A DNA stretch of 64,000 bases. Origin: an uncultured Acidobacteriota bacterium. Lineage in GTDB: Bacteria; Acidobacteriota; Thermoanaerobaculia; UBA5066; Gp7-AA6. Each line of letters opens with the position of its first letter. The first letter of the stretch is position 1. Below are positions 1 through 10,060 of this stretch, in pieces. A program made the position numbers and the translations under genes. The notes beneath the pieces are model-generated. The model saw only the letters and a program-made list of their open reading frames with translations. It was not told where the DNA came from and ran no database searches. The DNA lies in contig CAVRRE010000012.1 of the NCBI GenBank assembly GCA_963723535.1, positions 178 through 64,177 of the forward strand. Direction: 5' to 3'.

Positions 1-244
1 CGGATCAGGTTGCGTTGGAGGCTCTCGATGTCGCCCGGCGGGATGGGCACATCGGCGAACTTGCCGAAGCCCGTCGTCACGCCGTAGACGGTCTCTCCCG
101 ACCTCACGGCGTGATCCACGACACGGCGCGAAGCGGCGATGGCCCGCCGGGCCCGCGGGACAGCGCCACGCGCGCCTGCCGCTGCGCGACCGCGACCAGA
201 TCGTCGAGCGTGAAGCCGTCGCCGGAGAGCCGTAGGATCCTCAT
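1..244 (-). CDS. hutH: histidine ammonia-lyase, N-terminal part (gene runs off the left edge); one frame break near 150-165
   Basis: The minus-strand ATG at 244-242 gives MRILRLSGDGFTLDDLVAVAQRQARVALS. After a 1-nt frame change the reading continues ARRAIAASRRVVDHAVRSGETVYGVTTGFGKFADVPIPPGDIESLQRNLI, which is the conserved HAL N-terminus (TGFG ... LQxNLI). I translated this by hand; it is not a single ORF in the track. Confidence 0.75.
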
Positions 245-332
245 CGCGGGCCGATTCTAAGCTGACAGGGCGGCCCGAACTCTGTTAGCCTGCGCTGCTT
301 TTCCGCCGCCGGAAGGAAGAGGGGAACAACGC

Positions 333-1642
333 GTGAAGGTCCTGGCCGTCCTGGGCGGGCAATGGGGAGACGAGGGCAAGGGCAAGCTCGTCGACCTGTT
401 CTCGAACCGCTTCGACATCGTGGCGCGCTATCACGGCGGCCACAACGCCGGGCATACCGTCAAGTTCGGAACCCAGCACTTTGCCCTGCACCTGCTTCCC
501 GCCGGTATCGTCCGCGGGCGCCCGTCCGTGATCGGCCCGGGCGTGGTCGTCGACCTCGAGGCCCTCCTCGAGGAGATGGGCACCGTCCGCGCCGCGGGCG
601 TCGAGATCGGTGAGAACCTGCTCCTCTCCGACCGGGCGACCGTCATTCTCCCGTATCACCGGCTCCTGGACGCCGCGCGGGAACGCGCAGCCGGCGACGC
701 CAAGATCGGGACCACGCTCCGCGGGATCGGGCCGGCGTACGAGTCTCTCGCCGCCCGTCGCGCCATTCGCGTGGCGGAGCTCTATCGCCCCGAGACTCTG
801 GCCGCCCGGCTCGGGGCCATCGCCGAGGAAACGGGCGGACTCCTCCGCGTGCTCGGCGAGTCGCAGGTGCCCTCCGCGGAATCCGTCCTGGCGCAGCTCG
901 CGCTTCTCGCCGAGAAGGTCCGGCCGCATGCGCCGACACCGGCCGCTACCTGCGCAACCAGCTGCGATCCGGCGCGACGCTTCTCGCCGAGGGGGCCCAT
1001 GGCGCGATGCTCGACCTCTCCGCAGGGACGTATCCGTTCGTGACGTCGTCGCATTGCACCGCCGGCTCCGTGGCGAGCGGCCTCGAGATCTCGCCGCGCG
1101 CGCTCGACGCCAGCCTCCTCGTGATCAAGGCTTACACGACCCGTGTCGGCGCCGGCCCCTTTCCGACCGAGCTCCACGACGACACCGGGGAGTTCCTTCG
1201 CAAGCGCGGAAACGAATTCGGCACCTCGACCGGCCGCCCCCGCCGCACGGGCTGGTTCGACGCGGTCGTGGCGCGCACGGCGGTCGAGCTCTCGGGGGCG
1301 GAGGCCGTCGCGGTCACGAAGCTCGACTGTCTCGACGAGCTCGAAGAGATCCCGATCTGTCTGGGCTATCGGCTCGACGGAAAGCCGGTCTCGGATCTTC
1401 CGGCCCTCGCCGAAGACATCGCGCGCCTCGAGCCCGAGTACGAAAAGCTTCCGGGCTGGAAGGCGACGACGACGGGCGTCACCCACTACGAGGAGCTTCC
1501 TTCCGCCGCCCAGCGCTACGTGCGCGCGCTGGAGGACGCCGTCGGAGCGCCGGCCGTGCTGATCTCGACCGGACCGCGCCGCGAAGAGACGATCTGGCGT
1601 GCCGACACGCCGTTTCTCGCGGGGCTTCCTCCGTCGAAGTAG
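333..1642 (+). CDS. purA: adenylosuccinate synthetase, split by one frameshift near 930-940
   Basis: GTG at 333 follows GGAAGGAAGAGGGG. The N-terminal half has the GGQWGDEGKGK P-loop (ORF 333..1043). The C-terminal half reads AYTTRVGAGPFPTEL...GTSTGRPRRTGWFD (ORF 1007..1642). These are consecutive PurA segments in two frames, with the junction reading KVRPH|ADTGRYLRNQLRSGATLLAEGAHGAMLDL. Confidence 0.9.
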
Positions 1643-1672
1643 ACGTCCCCTCGGGAGGCCGCATCGAGAGTG

Positions 1673-2389
1673 TCAGCCTGCGGGGCTCGTGGCGGTGCGG
1701 GAGACGGGCCTGATGTGGGCGAACATGCTGCGGGCGTTCCAGGTTGGGAAGGCTCTGACCAGCGACGGGGTGCCGTCGAGTTGGATGCGGCCCTCGCGGG
1801 TGGCCTGGGCCCAGGTGAGCTGGCCGGCGTGCCATTTGACGAAAGCTTCGGCTTCCGCCGTGATGTACAGGTCCTCGTCGAGGCTGGGGTTCGTCTTGCA
1901 GATCTCGGTGTCTCCGAGCTCGATGAGTAGCCAATAGCGCTCACGGTGCGGGCGGCCGGTGAAGTCGAAGCGGATGACGACGCGTCGATCCGGGAGCCGG
2001 TCTCGGCGGAGCGCGTTGCACATCGACCACAGGGCCACAAAGGGGTCGAGGTTCTCGGGGGCGATCTCGAGCCAACGCGCACCCCACTCGCCGAGCGACC
2101 GGCAGACCCTGAAGAGGTCGTGGCCCGCAGGCGTGAGCTCGTAGTGGTGCCCGCGCCCGTCGGGCTTGGGTGCCGACTCGACGACACCGAGCCGTTCGAG
2201 CTGCTTGAGCCGCTGTGAGAGCAGGGTACGGGAGAGTCCGGGCGCGCCCTCCAGGATCTCACTGAAGCTTCCGCAGCCAAGGTACAGGTTGCGGATGATC
2301 AGCGGTGTCCAGCGCTCGGCGAAGATCTCGGCGCCACGGGCGATGGGGCAGTACTGGCCGTACGTCCTCACAACGCCAGTGTTGCGCAC
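1673..2389 (-). CDS. HxlR-family winged-helix transcriptional regulator with a C-terminal extension
   Basis: The N-terminus YGQYCPIARGAEIFAERWTPLIIRNL...LSQRLKQLERLGVV matches the HxlR signature. The start codon is GTG. The gene is divergent from the oxidase at 2474. Confidence 0.8.
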   Translation of the reverse strand: MRNTGVVRTYGQYCPIARGAEIFAERWTPLIIRNLYLGCGSFSEILEGAPGLSRTLLSQRLKQLERLGVVESAPKPDGRGHHYELTPAGHDLFRVCRSLGEWGARWLEIAPENLDPFVALWSMCNALRRDRLPDRRVVIRFDFTGRPHRERYWLLIELGDTEICKTNPSLDEDLYITAEAEAFVKWHAGQLTWAQATREGRIQLDGTPSLVRAFPTWNARSMFAHIRPVSRTATSPAG

Positions 2390-2473
2390 CCGCCTTCGGT
2401 TGTGAAGTCCAGATTCTTGACTTTACGGCCGCGGTCCGCGGTGGTCCGATGTGGCCCTCGAGAGGAGGACACG

Positions 2474-3901
2474 ATGACAACACCGACGACCGCGGAAGTC
2501 GGCCACGAGAACAAGGAGCCCACCGTCGTGGAGATCGACGGGTTCCGAGGCCGGCTGATCCGTGCCGACCACGCCGACTACGACATCGCCCGTGCAGTCT
2601 GGAACGGTGCCATCGACCGGCGCCCGCGCCTGATCGCCCGATGCATCGGGACCGCCGACGTGGTCGCGGCCGTGCGTTTCGCCCGCGACCACGATCTGGA
2701 GATCGCCATACGGGGCGGAGGCCACAGCGTGGCGGGCACCTCCGTTTGCGACGACGGAATCGTCATCGACCTCTCCGCCATGCGGGGCGTGCGAGTCGAT
2801 CCCGCCGGCCGCAGGGCCTGGGTGCAGGGTGGTGCGCTGTGGGGCGACGTCGACCACGAGACGCAGGCGCACGGTCTGGCCACCACCGGCGGAATCGTGA
2901 GCCACACCGGAGTCGGCGGGCTCACCCTCGGCGGTGGCCTCGGCTGGCTGATGCGCAAGCAGGGCCTCGCGATCGACAACCTCCTCGCCGCCGACGTCGT
3001 GACGGCCGAAGGCGAGCTGCTGCGGGCGTCCGAGGACGAGCACCCCGACCTGTTCTGGGCGTTGCGGGGCGGCGGCGGCAACTTCGGCGTGGTCACCTCG
3101 TTCGAGTTCCGCCTCCACGCCGTCGGGCCCACCGTCCTGGCCGGGCCCATCCTCTGGGACGCAACCGACGCCGGCGAGGTCCTCCGCTTCTACCGCGACT
3201 TCGTTCGCGACGTTCCCGACGAGCTCGGCACGATCGTGAAGTTCGTCGCCGCGCCGCCGCTGCCGGTCATCCCCAAAGATCTGCACGGGCGCCAGGTGGT
3301 GATGGTCGGTACCTGCTACGTCGGGCCGATCGAGAACGGTGAGCAGGTGCTCCGCCCGCTCCGAGCATTCCGGACGCCCCTCCTCGACCTGGTCGGGCCC
3401 ACGCCGTACGTGGGACTCCAGAGCGGGCTCGACTCGACCGTCCTCCACGGTTGGCACTACTACTGGAAGGCCACCCACCTCCCCGAGCTCAGCGACGACC
3501 TCATCGACGTGATCGCCGAGCACGCGTTCTCCTGCTCGTCGCCGCGGTCGTACGTGGCGATGTTCCATCTGAAGGGGGCGGTGAGCCGAGTGGCCGAGGG
3601 CGGGACGGCGTTCGGGAACCGGCAGGCGTCGCACGCGATCATCCTCCATGGTGCGTGGCGGCCTGGCGAGGACTTCGGCGACCGCGAAACCGCTTGGGCG
3701 AGGGAGTTCTTCGCCGCCCTCGGCCGGTTCCGCGAAGGCGTCTACGTCAACTTCCTCGCCGGCGACGAAGACCCCGACCGGGTCCGCGAGGCGTACGGCG
3801 ACTCCGTCTACGACCGGCTGGTGGACGTGAAGACCACGTACGACCCCGACAACGTCTTCCACCACAACCAGAACATCCGCCCGAGGTCGAGATCAGCCTG
3901 A
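2474..3901 (+). CDS. FAD-binding (PCMH-type) oxidoreductase with a berberine-bridge-enzyme-like C-terminus
   Basis: ATG at 2474 is preceded by GAGGAGGA. The sequence contains RGGGHSVAGTS...GGLTLGGGLGWLMRKQG (FAD_binding_4-like) and the C-terminal YVNFL...YDPDNVFHHNQNI (BBE-like). The track ORF 2402..3901 has an upstream alternative start. Confidence 0.85.
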   Translation: MTTPTTAEVGHENKEPTVVEIDGFRGRLIRADHADYDIARAVWNGAIDRRPRLIARCIGTADVVAAVRFARDHDLEIAIRGGGHSVAGTSVCDDGIVIDLSAMRGVRVDPAGRRAWVQGGALWGDVDHETQAHGLATTGGIVSHTGVGGLTLGGGLGWLMRKQGLAIDNLLAADVVTAEGELLRASEDEHPDLFWALRGGGGNFGVVTSFEFRLHAVGPTVLAGPILWDATDAGEVLRFYRDFVRDVPDELGTIVKFVAAPPLPVIPKDLHGRQVVMVGTCYVGPIENGEQVLRPLRAFRTPLLDLVGPTPYVGLQSGLDSTVLHGWHYYWKATHLPELSDDLIDVIAEHAFSCSSPRSYVAMFHLKGAVSRVAEGGTAFGNRQASHAIILHGAWRPGEDFGDRETAWAREFFAALGRFREGVYVNFLAGDEDPDRVREAYGDSVYDRLVDVKTTYDPDNVFHHNQNIRPRSRSA

Positions 3902-4042
3902 TTCCACAGTCGATTGGAGCCGGTGAGGTCATCGGGGTGTCCTGAAGAGCGGCAGGCAGATGCATCACCCGGGCGACTGTCCCGGTCCCGTCAAGGCGCG
4001 GATAAGTGGCGTAAGTTCGTCTGATCTCGTAGGCCGACGAAC

Positions 4043-4640
4043 ATGAAGACCTTGCTCGTGCGGACACTGGAACAGTGGCGCGACTGGCTCACCGAGCACC
4101 GTTCGTCAAAGTCAGAGGTCTGGCTGGTCTTTCACAAGCGACATACCGGCCTTGCCTCAATCGAGTACAAGGACGCGCATGACGAGGCGCTGCTTTTGGT
4201 TGGTGGACAGTCTCGTCAAGCGCCTGGATGACCGGCGGTAAAGTTCACGCCGCGGAGAGCGGACAGCCATGGTCGGCCGTGAATCGGAAGCTTACGCCGA
4301 GCTCAAGGCCGCGGGGCGATTGAAACCGCCAGGACACGAACGCCCCCCGACCGACCGTGGCTATGGTCCTCGGCCGCCGCGGCTTCCGATGCCCTCTCGG
4401 CTTCCGGCGTACTGCCAGGCGGCGCTGAGGAATCACCCGACAGCCTTCCGCCACTTCAAATCGCTGCCAGCGTCGCAACGCCGGCGGTATTTCGCATGGG
4501 TTGAGTCCGGCAAGCGCGAAGAAACGAAACTCAGGCGTCTCAAGGAGGCGATTCGCCTCCTGGCCAGCGGCAAAGTGCTGGGACTGAAACGACAAGCCGC
4601 CCGACAACCGCCTGCGGGCGACGGCCGGGCGCGATCGTGA
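4043..4640 (+). pseudogene. YdeI/OmpD-associated family protein, broken into at least 3 frames
   Basis: ORF 4043..4231 reads WRDWLTEHRSSKSEVWLVFHKRHTGLASIEYKDAHDEAL. ORF 4269..4640 reads YAELKAAGRLKPPG...SLPASQRRRYFAWVESGKREETKLRRLKEAI. These are the N- and C-terminal parts of one YdeI-like protein. The intermediate pieces (CFWLVDSLVKRLDDRR, KFTPRRADS) read in other frames. The segment has visibly lower G+C than its flanks. Confidence 0.6.
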
Positions 4641-4719
4641 GCCGCCGCGGCGAAGCGGCTCGCGCGGCTCGCGTAAATGGCTCGAGACCCGATGTATCCT
4701 CTTTTCCCGTCTAACGGAT

Positions 4720-4796
4720 GGGCCGTTAGCTCAGCTGGTTAGAGCATCGGCCTTTTAAGCCGGTGGTCCTGGGTTCGAGTCCCAGACGGCCCACCA
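4720..4796 (+). tRNA. tRNA-Lys (anticodon UUU), CCA encoded
   Basis: The hand-folded cloverleaf has acceptor GGGCCGU/ACGGCCC, D stem GCUC/GAGC, anticodon arm UCGGC-CUUUUAA-GCCGG, T arm CUGGG-UUCGAGU-CCCAG, discriminator A and CCA. Confidence 0.93.
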
Positions 4797-4803
4797 ATTC
4801 GCC

Positions 4804-5409
4804 TCAGCGCGGCTCGACGTAGTACTTGCAGCCTCCGCGCACGTCGCCCGGGCAGTCGACTTCGATGAACGTCTCGACGTTGGAGGAGTGCGGCCCGATG
4901 GGCGTCTGGAAGCTGCCGGTGGCACGGCCGGCGATGCCCTGGCCGCTCGAGGGCATGGCGGTGATCTCGAAGAACGATTCCTCGATCGGAATCCAGATGG
5001 CGCAAGCGTTGCGCACGCGGACCTTGACGCGCCGCGATTCGCCGAAGGTCTCCCGTTCGACCGTATAGGTGAGGCAGCGCGCGCGTTGCTCCGTGGCGGA
5101 CACCGGAGTGGGCTCGGCCGGGCGATCGAAGTTGGGTATCGAGCCCACGTCGACGGGTGTGGGCGTGACCACGCGGACCTCGATGAGGCTGGTCTGCAGA
5201 GCTTCCTCCGTCGGCGAGGGAGTCGGCTCCGGCGCGACAGTCGGTACTGGAGTCTCCGCAAACGTCTGGGGAGCGGGCGACGGCGCGGCCGCCGGAACGT
5301 GCGACTCCCCGCGGCTGCAGCCGACGATGAACGCGACGAGGAGCAGCAGCCGCCGCACGTTCGCACGATTGTAGCGCCGACGCGGCCGTAGACACCGCGC
5401 GCTCCGCAT
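4804..5409 (-). CDS. hypothetical lipoprotein (Pro/Thr-rich linker plus Cys-containing C-terminal domain)
   Basis: This is the C-terminal 201 codons of track ORF 4804..7020. It has the lipobox-like signal RRLLLLVAFIVGCS. ATG is at 5409 and an alternative GTG at 5358. The upstream roughly 530 aa of that track ORF lies antisense to the 5425..7965 gene and is rejected. Confidence 0.6.
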   Translation of the reverse strand: MRSARCLRPRRRYNRANVRRLLLLVAFIVGCSRGESHVPAAAPSPAPQTFAETPVPTVAPEPTPSPTEEALQTSLIEVRVVTPTPVDVGSIPNFDRPAEPTPVSATEQRARCLTYTVERETFGESRRVKVRVRNACAIWIPIEESFFEITAMPSSGQGIAGRATGSFQTPIGPHSSNVETFIEVDCPGDVRGGCKYYVEPR

Positions 5410-5424
5410 GCGAGAGTCCGCCGC

Positions 5425-7965
5425 ATGCAAAAGTCGTTCGTCCGGCTCGGAGCCCTCGCCGCCGCGGTCGCCGCCCTGGCCTCCCCCGCCCGCGCGGATC
5501 GCGAAGCCGTCCTCAAGCAGATCCAGGTCCCCCACTCCTACTACTACCGCGAGATGTATCTCCCGCAGGTGACGAGCGGACCGAGCGCCGCCGCCTGGTC
5601 TCCCGACGGGACGGAGCTCGTCTACGCGATGCAGGGCTCGCTCTGGCGCCAGAAGCTCGGATCCACCGAAGCCGTGCAGCTGACGGACGGGCCGGGCTAC
5701 GACTCGGAGCCGGATTGGTCGCCCGACGGAAAGTGGATCCTCTACACGTCGTACCGGAGCGACGCGCTCGAGCTGTGGCTGCTCGAGCTCGCGACGGGCG
5801 CGACGCGGGCCCTGGCGGCCGACGGCGCCGCGAACCTGGATGCGCGCTGGTCGCCGGACGGGTCGAAGGTGGCCTACGTCTCGACGGCCTTCCACGGACG
5901 CTTCCACGTCTTCGTCCTCCCCATCGCCGGCGGGAAAGCCTCGGGCGCGCCGGTGAGGATCACGGAGGAGCGTGACAGCGGCCTGCCGCGTTACTACTAC
6001 TCGAAGTTCGACCAGTACCTCTCCCCCACCTGGTCGCCCGACGGGAAGGAACTGATCCTGATCTCCAACCGCGGCGACATCTGGGGCTCCGGCGATCTCT
6101 GGCGCATGGAGGCCCGTCCGGGCGCGCCCATGCGACTCGTCCGGAAGGAGGAGACGAACTGGAAGGCGCGGCCGGACTGGGCCCGCGACGGGCGGCGCGT
6201 GGTTTACAGCTCGTACCTCGGCCGCCAGCGCAACCAGCTCTGGCTGACGACGGCGGAGGGCGGAGATCCCTTCGAGCTGACCTATTGCGAGTGCGATCAC
6301 ACGCGGCCGCGCTGGTCGCCCGACGGCCGCCGGATCGCCTTCGTCTCGAACGAGGACGGGAACGTGTCCCTGCGGGTGGTGACGATACCCGGCGGGGCGA
6401 TCGAGCGCGTGGCTCCGGGGTCGCGCCGCTACCTTCGACCGACCGGGTCGCTCCGCATCGCAGTCACCGACGAGGCCGGCGCCACACTCCCCGCCCGGCT
6501 CTCCGTCACGGGCGAAGACGACCGCGGCTGGGCCCCCGACGACGCCTGGCGACACGCCGACGACGGTTTCGACCGAAAGGTTCGCCGCTTCGAGATGACC
6601 TACTTCCACTCGACGGGGTCGGCGACGCTCACGCTTCCGGCGGGCAAGTACCGGGTCCTCGCGACCCGGGGGCTCGAGTACGCGCCCGTGACCCTCGTTG
6701 CGACGGTGATCCCCGGGGTCGAAGCGACCGCCGGGGTCCGGCTGAGCCGGCTGCTCGATCTGCCGGGATCCGGCTGGTGGAGCGGAGACCTCCACGTCCA
6801 CATGAACTACGGCGGCACCTACCGTACCGACCCGGCCCGGCTCCGCTTCCAGGCCGAGGCGGAAGACCTCCACGTCGTCGAGAACCTCATCGTCAACAAG
6901 GAGCAGCGCATCCCCGACGTCGCCATGTTCCGAGCGGACCTGGACCCGGTCTCGACGCCGACCACGCTCCTCAAACACGACGAGGAGTACCACACGAGCT
7001 GGTGGGGGCACACCGGACACCTGGGCCTCACGAAGTACCTGGTCCTTCCGAACTACGCCGGCTACGTGAACACCGCGGCCGCGAGCCTTTTTCCGGACAA
7101 CGCGACGATCGCCGACCTCTCACACGGGCAGGAGGGACTCTCGGGCTACGTCCATCCGTTCGATCCACCGCTCCCCGATCCCGCCGGGGCCGACCCGCTG
7201 ACCAACGGCCTTCCGATCGATGTCGCGCTCGGCAAGGTCGACTACCTGGAAGTCGTCGGCTTCAGCGATCACAAGGTCACGGCGGAAGTCTGGTACCGGC
7301 TGCTGAACTGCGGCTTCCGCCTCCCGGCCGGCGGCGGTACCGATGCGATGACCAACTACGCCTCGCTGCGCGGCCCGGTGGGCATGAACCGCGTCTTCGT
7401 CCGGTCCGGCGGAAAGCTCGACTATCGTGGCTGGCTGGCGGCGCTCAAAGCCGGGCGCACGTTCGCCTCCAACGGGCCCGTCCTTTCCTTCTCGATCGCC
7501 GGCAAGGAACCGGGCGACGACATCTCTCTGCCGGCCGGCGCGGATCTTCGGGCGAAGGTGAGCCTTCGCTCGATCGTTCCGATCGAGAAGCTCGAGATCG
7601 TCTCGAACGGCGCCGTCGTGGCGACCATCCCGACGCGCGACGGCGGTTTGAGCGCGGACGCCGAAGTTCCGCTGCGTGTCGCCGGGAGCTCCTGGTACAC
7701 GCTGCGGGCCTGGTCGCCCGCGGCGAAGGAGCCCGTCCTCGACATCTATCCCTTCGCGACGACGAGCCCGATCTATGTCACGGTCGCGGGCCGGCCCGTA
7801 CGCAGCGCCGACGACGCCCGGTACTTTCTCGCCTGGGTCGAGCGCGTCGAGGCCGCGGCCACGGCGCACGCCGGCTGGAACGACGCGCGCGAAAAGGCCG
7901 AAGTCCTCGACCGGCTGGCGCAGGCCAGGGCGGTATTCACCCGGCGGGCCGAGGAGGCCCGCTAG
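5425..7965 (+). CDS. secreted TolB-like PD40 beta-propeller fused to a CehA/McbA (PHP-like) metallohydrolase domain
   Basis: The 846-aa ORF is intact. It has a signal peptide (ALASPARA), repeated WSPDG motifs (PD40 repeats) and then WWSGDLHVHMNYGG...EYHTSWWGHTGHLG, which is typical of CehA/McbA-type metal hydrolases. Confidence 0.8.
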   Translation: MQKSFVRLGALAAAVAALASPARADREAVLKQIQVPHSYYYREMYLPQVTSGPSAAAWSPDGTELVYAMQGSLWRQKLGSTEAVQLTDGPGYDSEPDWSPDGKWILYTSYRSDALELWLLELATGATRALAADGAANLDARWSPDGSKVAYVSTAFHGRFHVFVLPIAGGKASGAPVRITEERDSGLPRYYYSKFDQYLSPTWSPDGKELILISNRGDIWGSGDLWRMEARPGAPMRLVRKEETNWKARPDWARDGRRVVYSSYLGRQRNQLWLTTAEGGDPFELTYCECDHTRPRWSPDGRRIAFVSNEDGNVSLRVVTIPGGAIERVAPGSRRYLRPTGSLRIAVTDEAGATLPARLSVTGEDDRGWAPDDAWRHADDGFDRKVRRFEMTYFHSTGSATLTLPAGKYRVLATRGLEYAPVTLVATVIPGVEATAGVRLSRLLDLPGSGWWSGDLHVHMNYGGTYRTDPARLRFQAEAEDLHVVENLIVNKEQRIPDVAMFRADLDPVSTPTTLLKHDEEYHTSWWGHTGHLGLTKYLVLPNYAGYVNTAAASLFPDNATIADLSHGQEGLSGYVHPFDPPLPDPAGADPLTNGLPIDVALGKVDYLEVVGFSDHKVTAEVWYRLLNCGFRLPAGGGTDAMTNYASLRGPVGMNRVFVRSGGKLDYRGWLAALKAGRTFASNGPVLSFSIAGKEPGDDISLPAGADLRAKVSLRSIVPIEKLEIVSNGAVVATIPTRDGGLSADAEVPLRVAGSSWYTLRAWSPAAKEPVLDIYPFATTSPIYVTVAGRPVRSADDARYFLAWVERVEAAATAHAGWNDAREKAEVLDRLAQARAVFTRRAEEAR

Positions 7966-7986
7966 GCCCGCTCGTGCGGGTCGGGC

Positions 7987-9878
7987 CTAGGGGCCGTAGA
8001 GCTCGAGGCCGAAAGTCTTGACGAGAAACACGGCCATCTGGCCGCGCGTGATGAAGCTCCTCCGGGCAGTAGTTGTTTCCGCCGCAGCCGCCCGTGATCT
8101 CCTCTTCCGCGAGCTGCTGGATAAACGCCGCAAACTGGCTGGGACACGGAACGTCGTCGAAATAGCCGGGAGTGCACGGGGGCGGCACGTACGCGGAGCC
8201 GTGCTTGGCTTTCAGCAGGAATGCGGCCATCTGGGCGCGGGTGACCGAGTTGTCGGGACAGTAATTGCCGCTGCCGCACCCCCCGTGATCTTGAAGCCGG
8301 CGAGCGACTCGATGAAGCTGGCCCCGAAGGTGAGCGTGTTGACGTCGTTGAACACCGTGCCGGTCGCCGGAGGATAGAGCTGGGCCTGGCCGAACTTGCC
8401 CTTCATCAGAAAGATCGCCATCTGGGCGCGGGTCACCGAGTTCCCGGGACAGTAGTTGCCGAGGCCGCATCCTCCCGTAACGCCGCTGTGAATCAGGGTC
8501 TCGATGAAGCTGTAGAACTGGTTCGACGTCGGAACGTCCGGGAAGGTCCCGCCGATGTGGAGCGTCCAGTTCTTCGCGATCGGTCCGCTCACGGTCTCCG
8601 TGAACGAGGCGTCCCAGTGAGGCACCGGCCGGGCTCCCGTGACGGACATCGTGTAGCAGTCGCCGGTGTCGTTGCAGTTCGCGGTGGACTCCGCCGGCAC
8701 CGTGCCGTAGTCGGCCGCCGCGTCGGGGATCGAGTACGTCGGGCCCGCCGGGCCCGTCAGGCCGGAGGCGGTTCCGTCCAGGTCGGCCGGCGACGTCAGC
8801 GTGTTTTCCCACGTCGGCGCGACCGGGACGCTCTCTCCCGGTTCGAAAACGCCGTTGCCGGCGGCGTCGATGACGAGCGCCTTCGGCACGGACGGCGCCG
8901 TCGTGATCCGGCCGATCTGGTTGGCGATGGCCTCGTTGAACCACATCGCGCCGTCGGCGCCCGTGGTGATCCCGTACGGCTTGCTCCCGACGCCCGGAAC
9001 CGGGAAATCCGTGATCACGCCGGCCGGCGTGATCCGTCCGATCATGTCGCCGTGGTACTGCGAGAACCAGATATTGCCGTCCGGGCCGGTCGTGATGTAG
9101 TCGGGCGTCGCTCCGGGGGTGGAAAGGGGGAACTCGGTGATCACGCCGCCGGGCGTGATGCGGCCGATCTTGTCGCCGCTTCCTTCCGAGAACCAGAGGT
9201 TGCCGTCGGGCCCCGCCGTGATGTTCCAGGGATCGCTGTCGACGGTCGGGATCGGAAACTCGGTGATCACGCCCTGGGTCGTGATCCGGCCGACCTTGTT
9301 GCCGGCCTGCTCGACAAACCAGAGGTTCCCGTCCGGTCCCATCGTGATCCCTTCGGGCCGGGAGTTCCCCGTCGGAACGAGAAACTCGGTGAAAACACCG
9401 TCCATCGTCAGCCGTCCGATCTTCCTGACGGCCGCCTCCGTGAACCAGATGTTGCCGTCCGGGCCGGTCGTGATGCCTTCCGGCTGGCTGGCCGGCGTCG
9501 GGATGGAAACTCGGTGATGACGCCGGCGGTCGTGATGCGGCCGATCTTGTTGCCCAAGCGCTCCGTGAACCAGAGGTTGCCGTCCGGACCGACGGTGATC
9601 GTCTCGGGCGCGCTGGCCGCCGTCGGGACCGGGAACTCGGTGATCGTCCCATTGGGCTCCCGGCGGCCGATCTTGTTGCCGAGCTCCTCCGCGAACCACA
9701 GGTTGCCGTCGGGACCCGTCACGATGCCTTCGGGTCCGGAGCCGGCCGTGGGAATCGGGAACTCCGTGATCACCTGCGCGCTCGCAACGCCGCCGAGGGC
9801 GGCCACGACGAGCACCAGGGCGAAGGCCAGGCGGGTTCCGCCGAGCCATGAGTACACTTTTGAGTGTCGCGTCGTCAT
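7987..9878 (-). pseudogene. secreted Vgb-like (streptogramin-lyase-type) beta-propeller repeat protein with three C-terminal Cys-containing SLH-like repeats; 3 frame breaks (about 9505, 8280, 8060)
   Basis: The signal peptide is followed by about 9 repeats of ITEFP.P....P.GIT.GPDGN.WF.E...N.IGRIT. These span track ORFs 9408..9878, 8212..9849 and 7937..9652. The C-terminus has three copies of (F.DVP...F..FI..L....ITGGCG.GNYCP...VTRAQMA.FL.K). The true stop TAG is at 7989-7987 after ...SFITRGQMAVFLVKTFGLELYGP, read by hand. Two of the breaks sit in homopolymers: the C-run at 8279-8284 and GG at 9505-9506. Confidence 0.75.
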
Positions 9879-10060
9879 TCGAACCGTCCTCCCCTTGTTC
9901 CGGCTAGTCGATTTTCAAACGACGTAGCAAATGGCGTTCCCACGGCGAAAAGAGCCGGGTTTCCTGTGTTCCTTCGGAAGCGGCGAGATTATCAGCTTCG
10001 GGGGCTGTTACCCAGGGAAACGTTGCGGGGCCCGGAGCATCCCTGGCCGAGTGCCCCCGG

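Noticed and set aside
4804-7020. A 738-aa minus-strand ORF.
   Set aside because: Only the C-terminal ~200 aa (lipoprotein, 4804-5409) is plausible. The remainder is antisense to the intact PD40/CehA gene.
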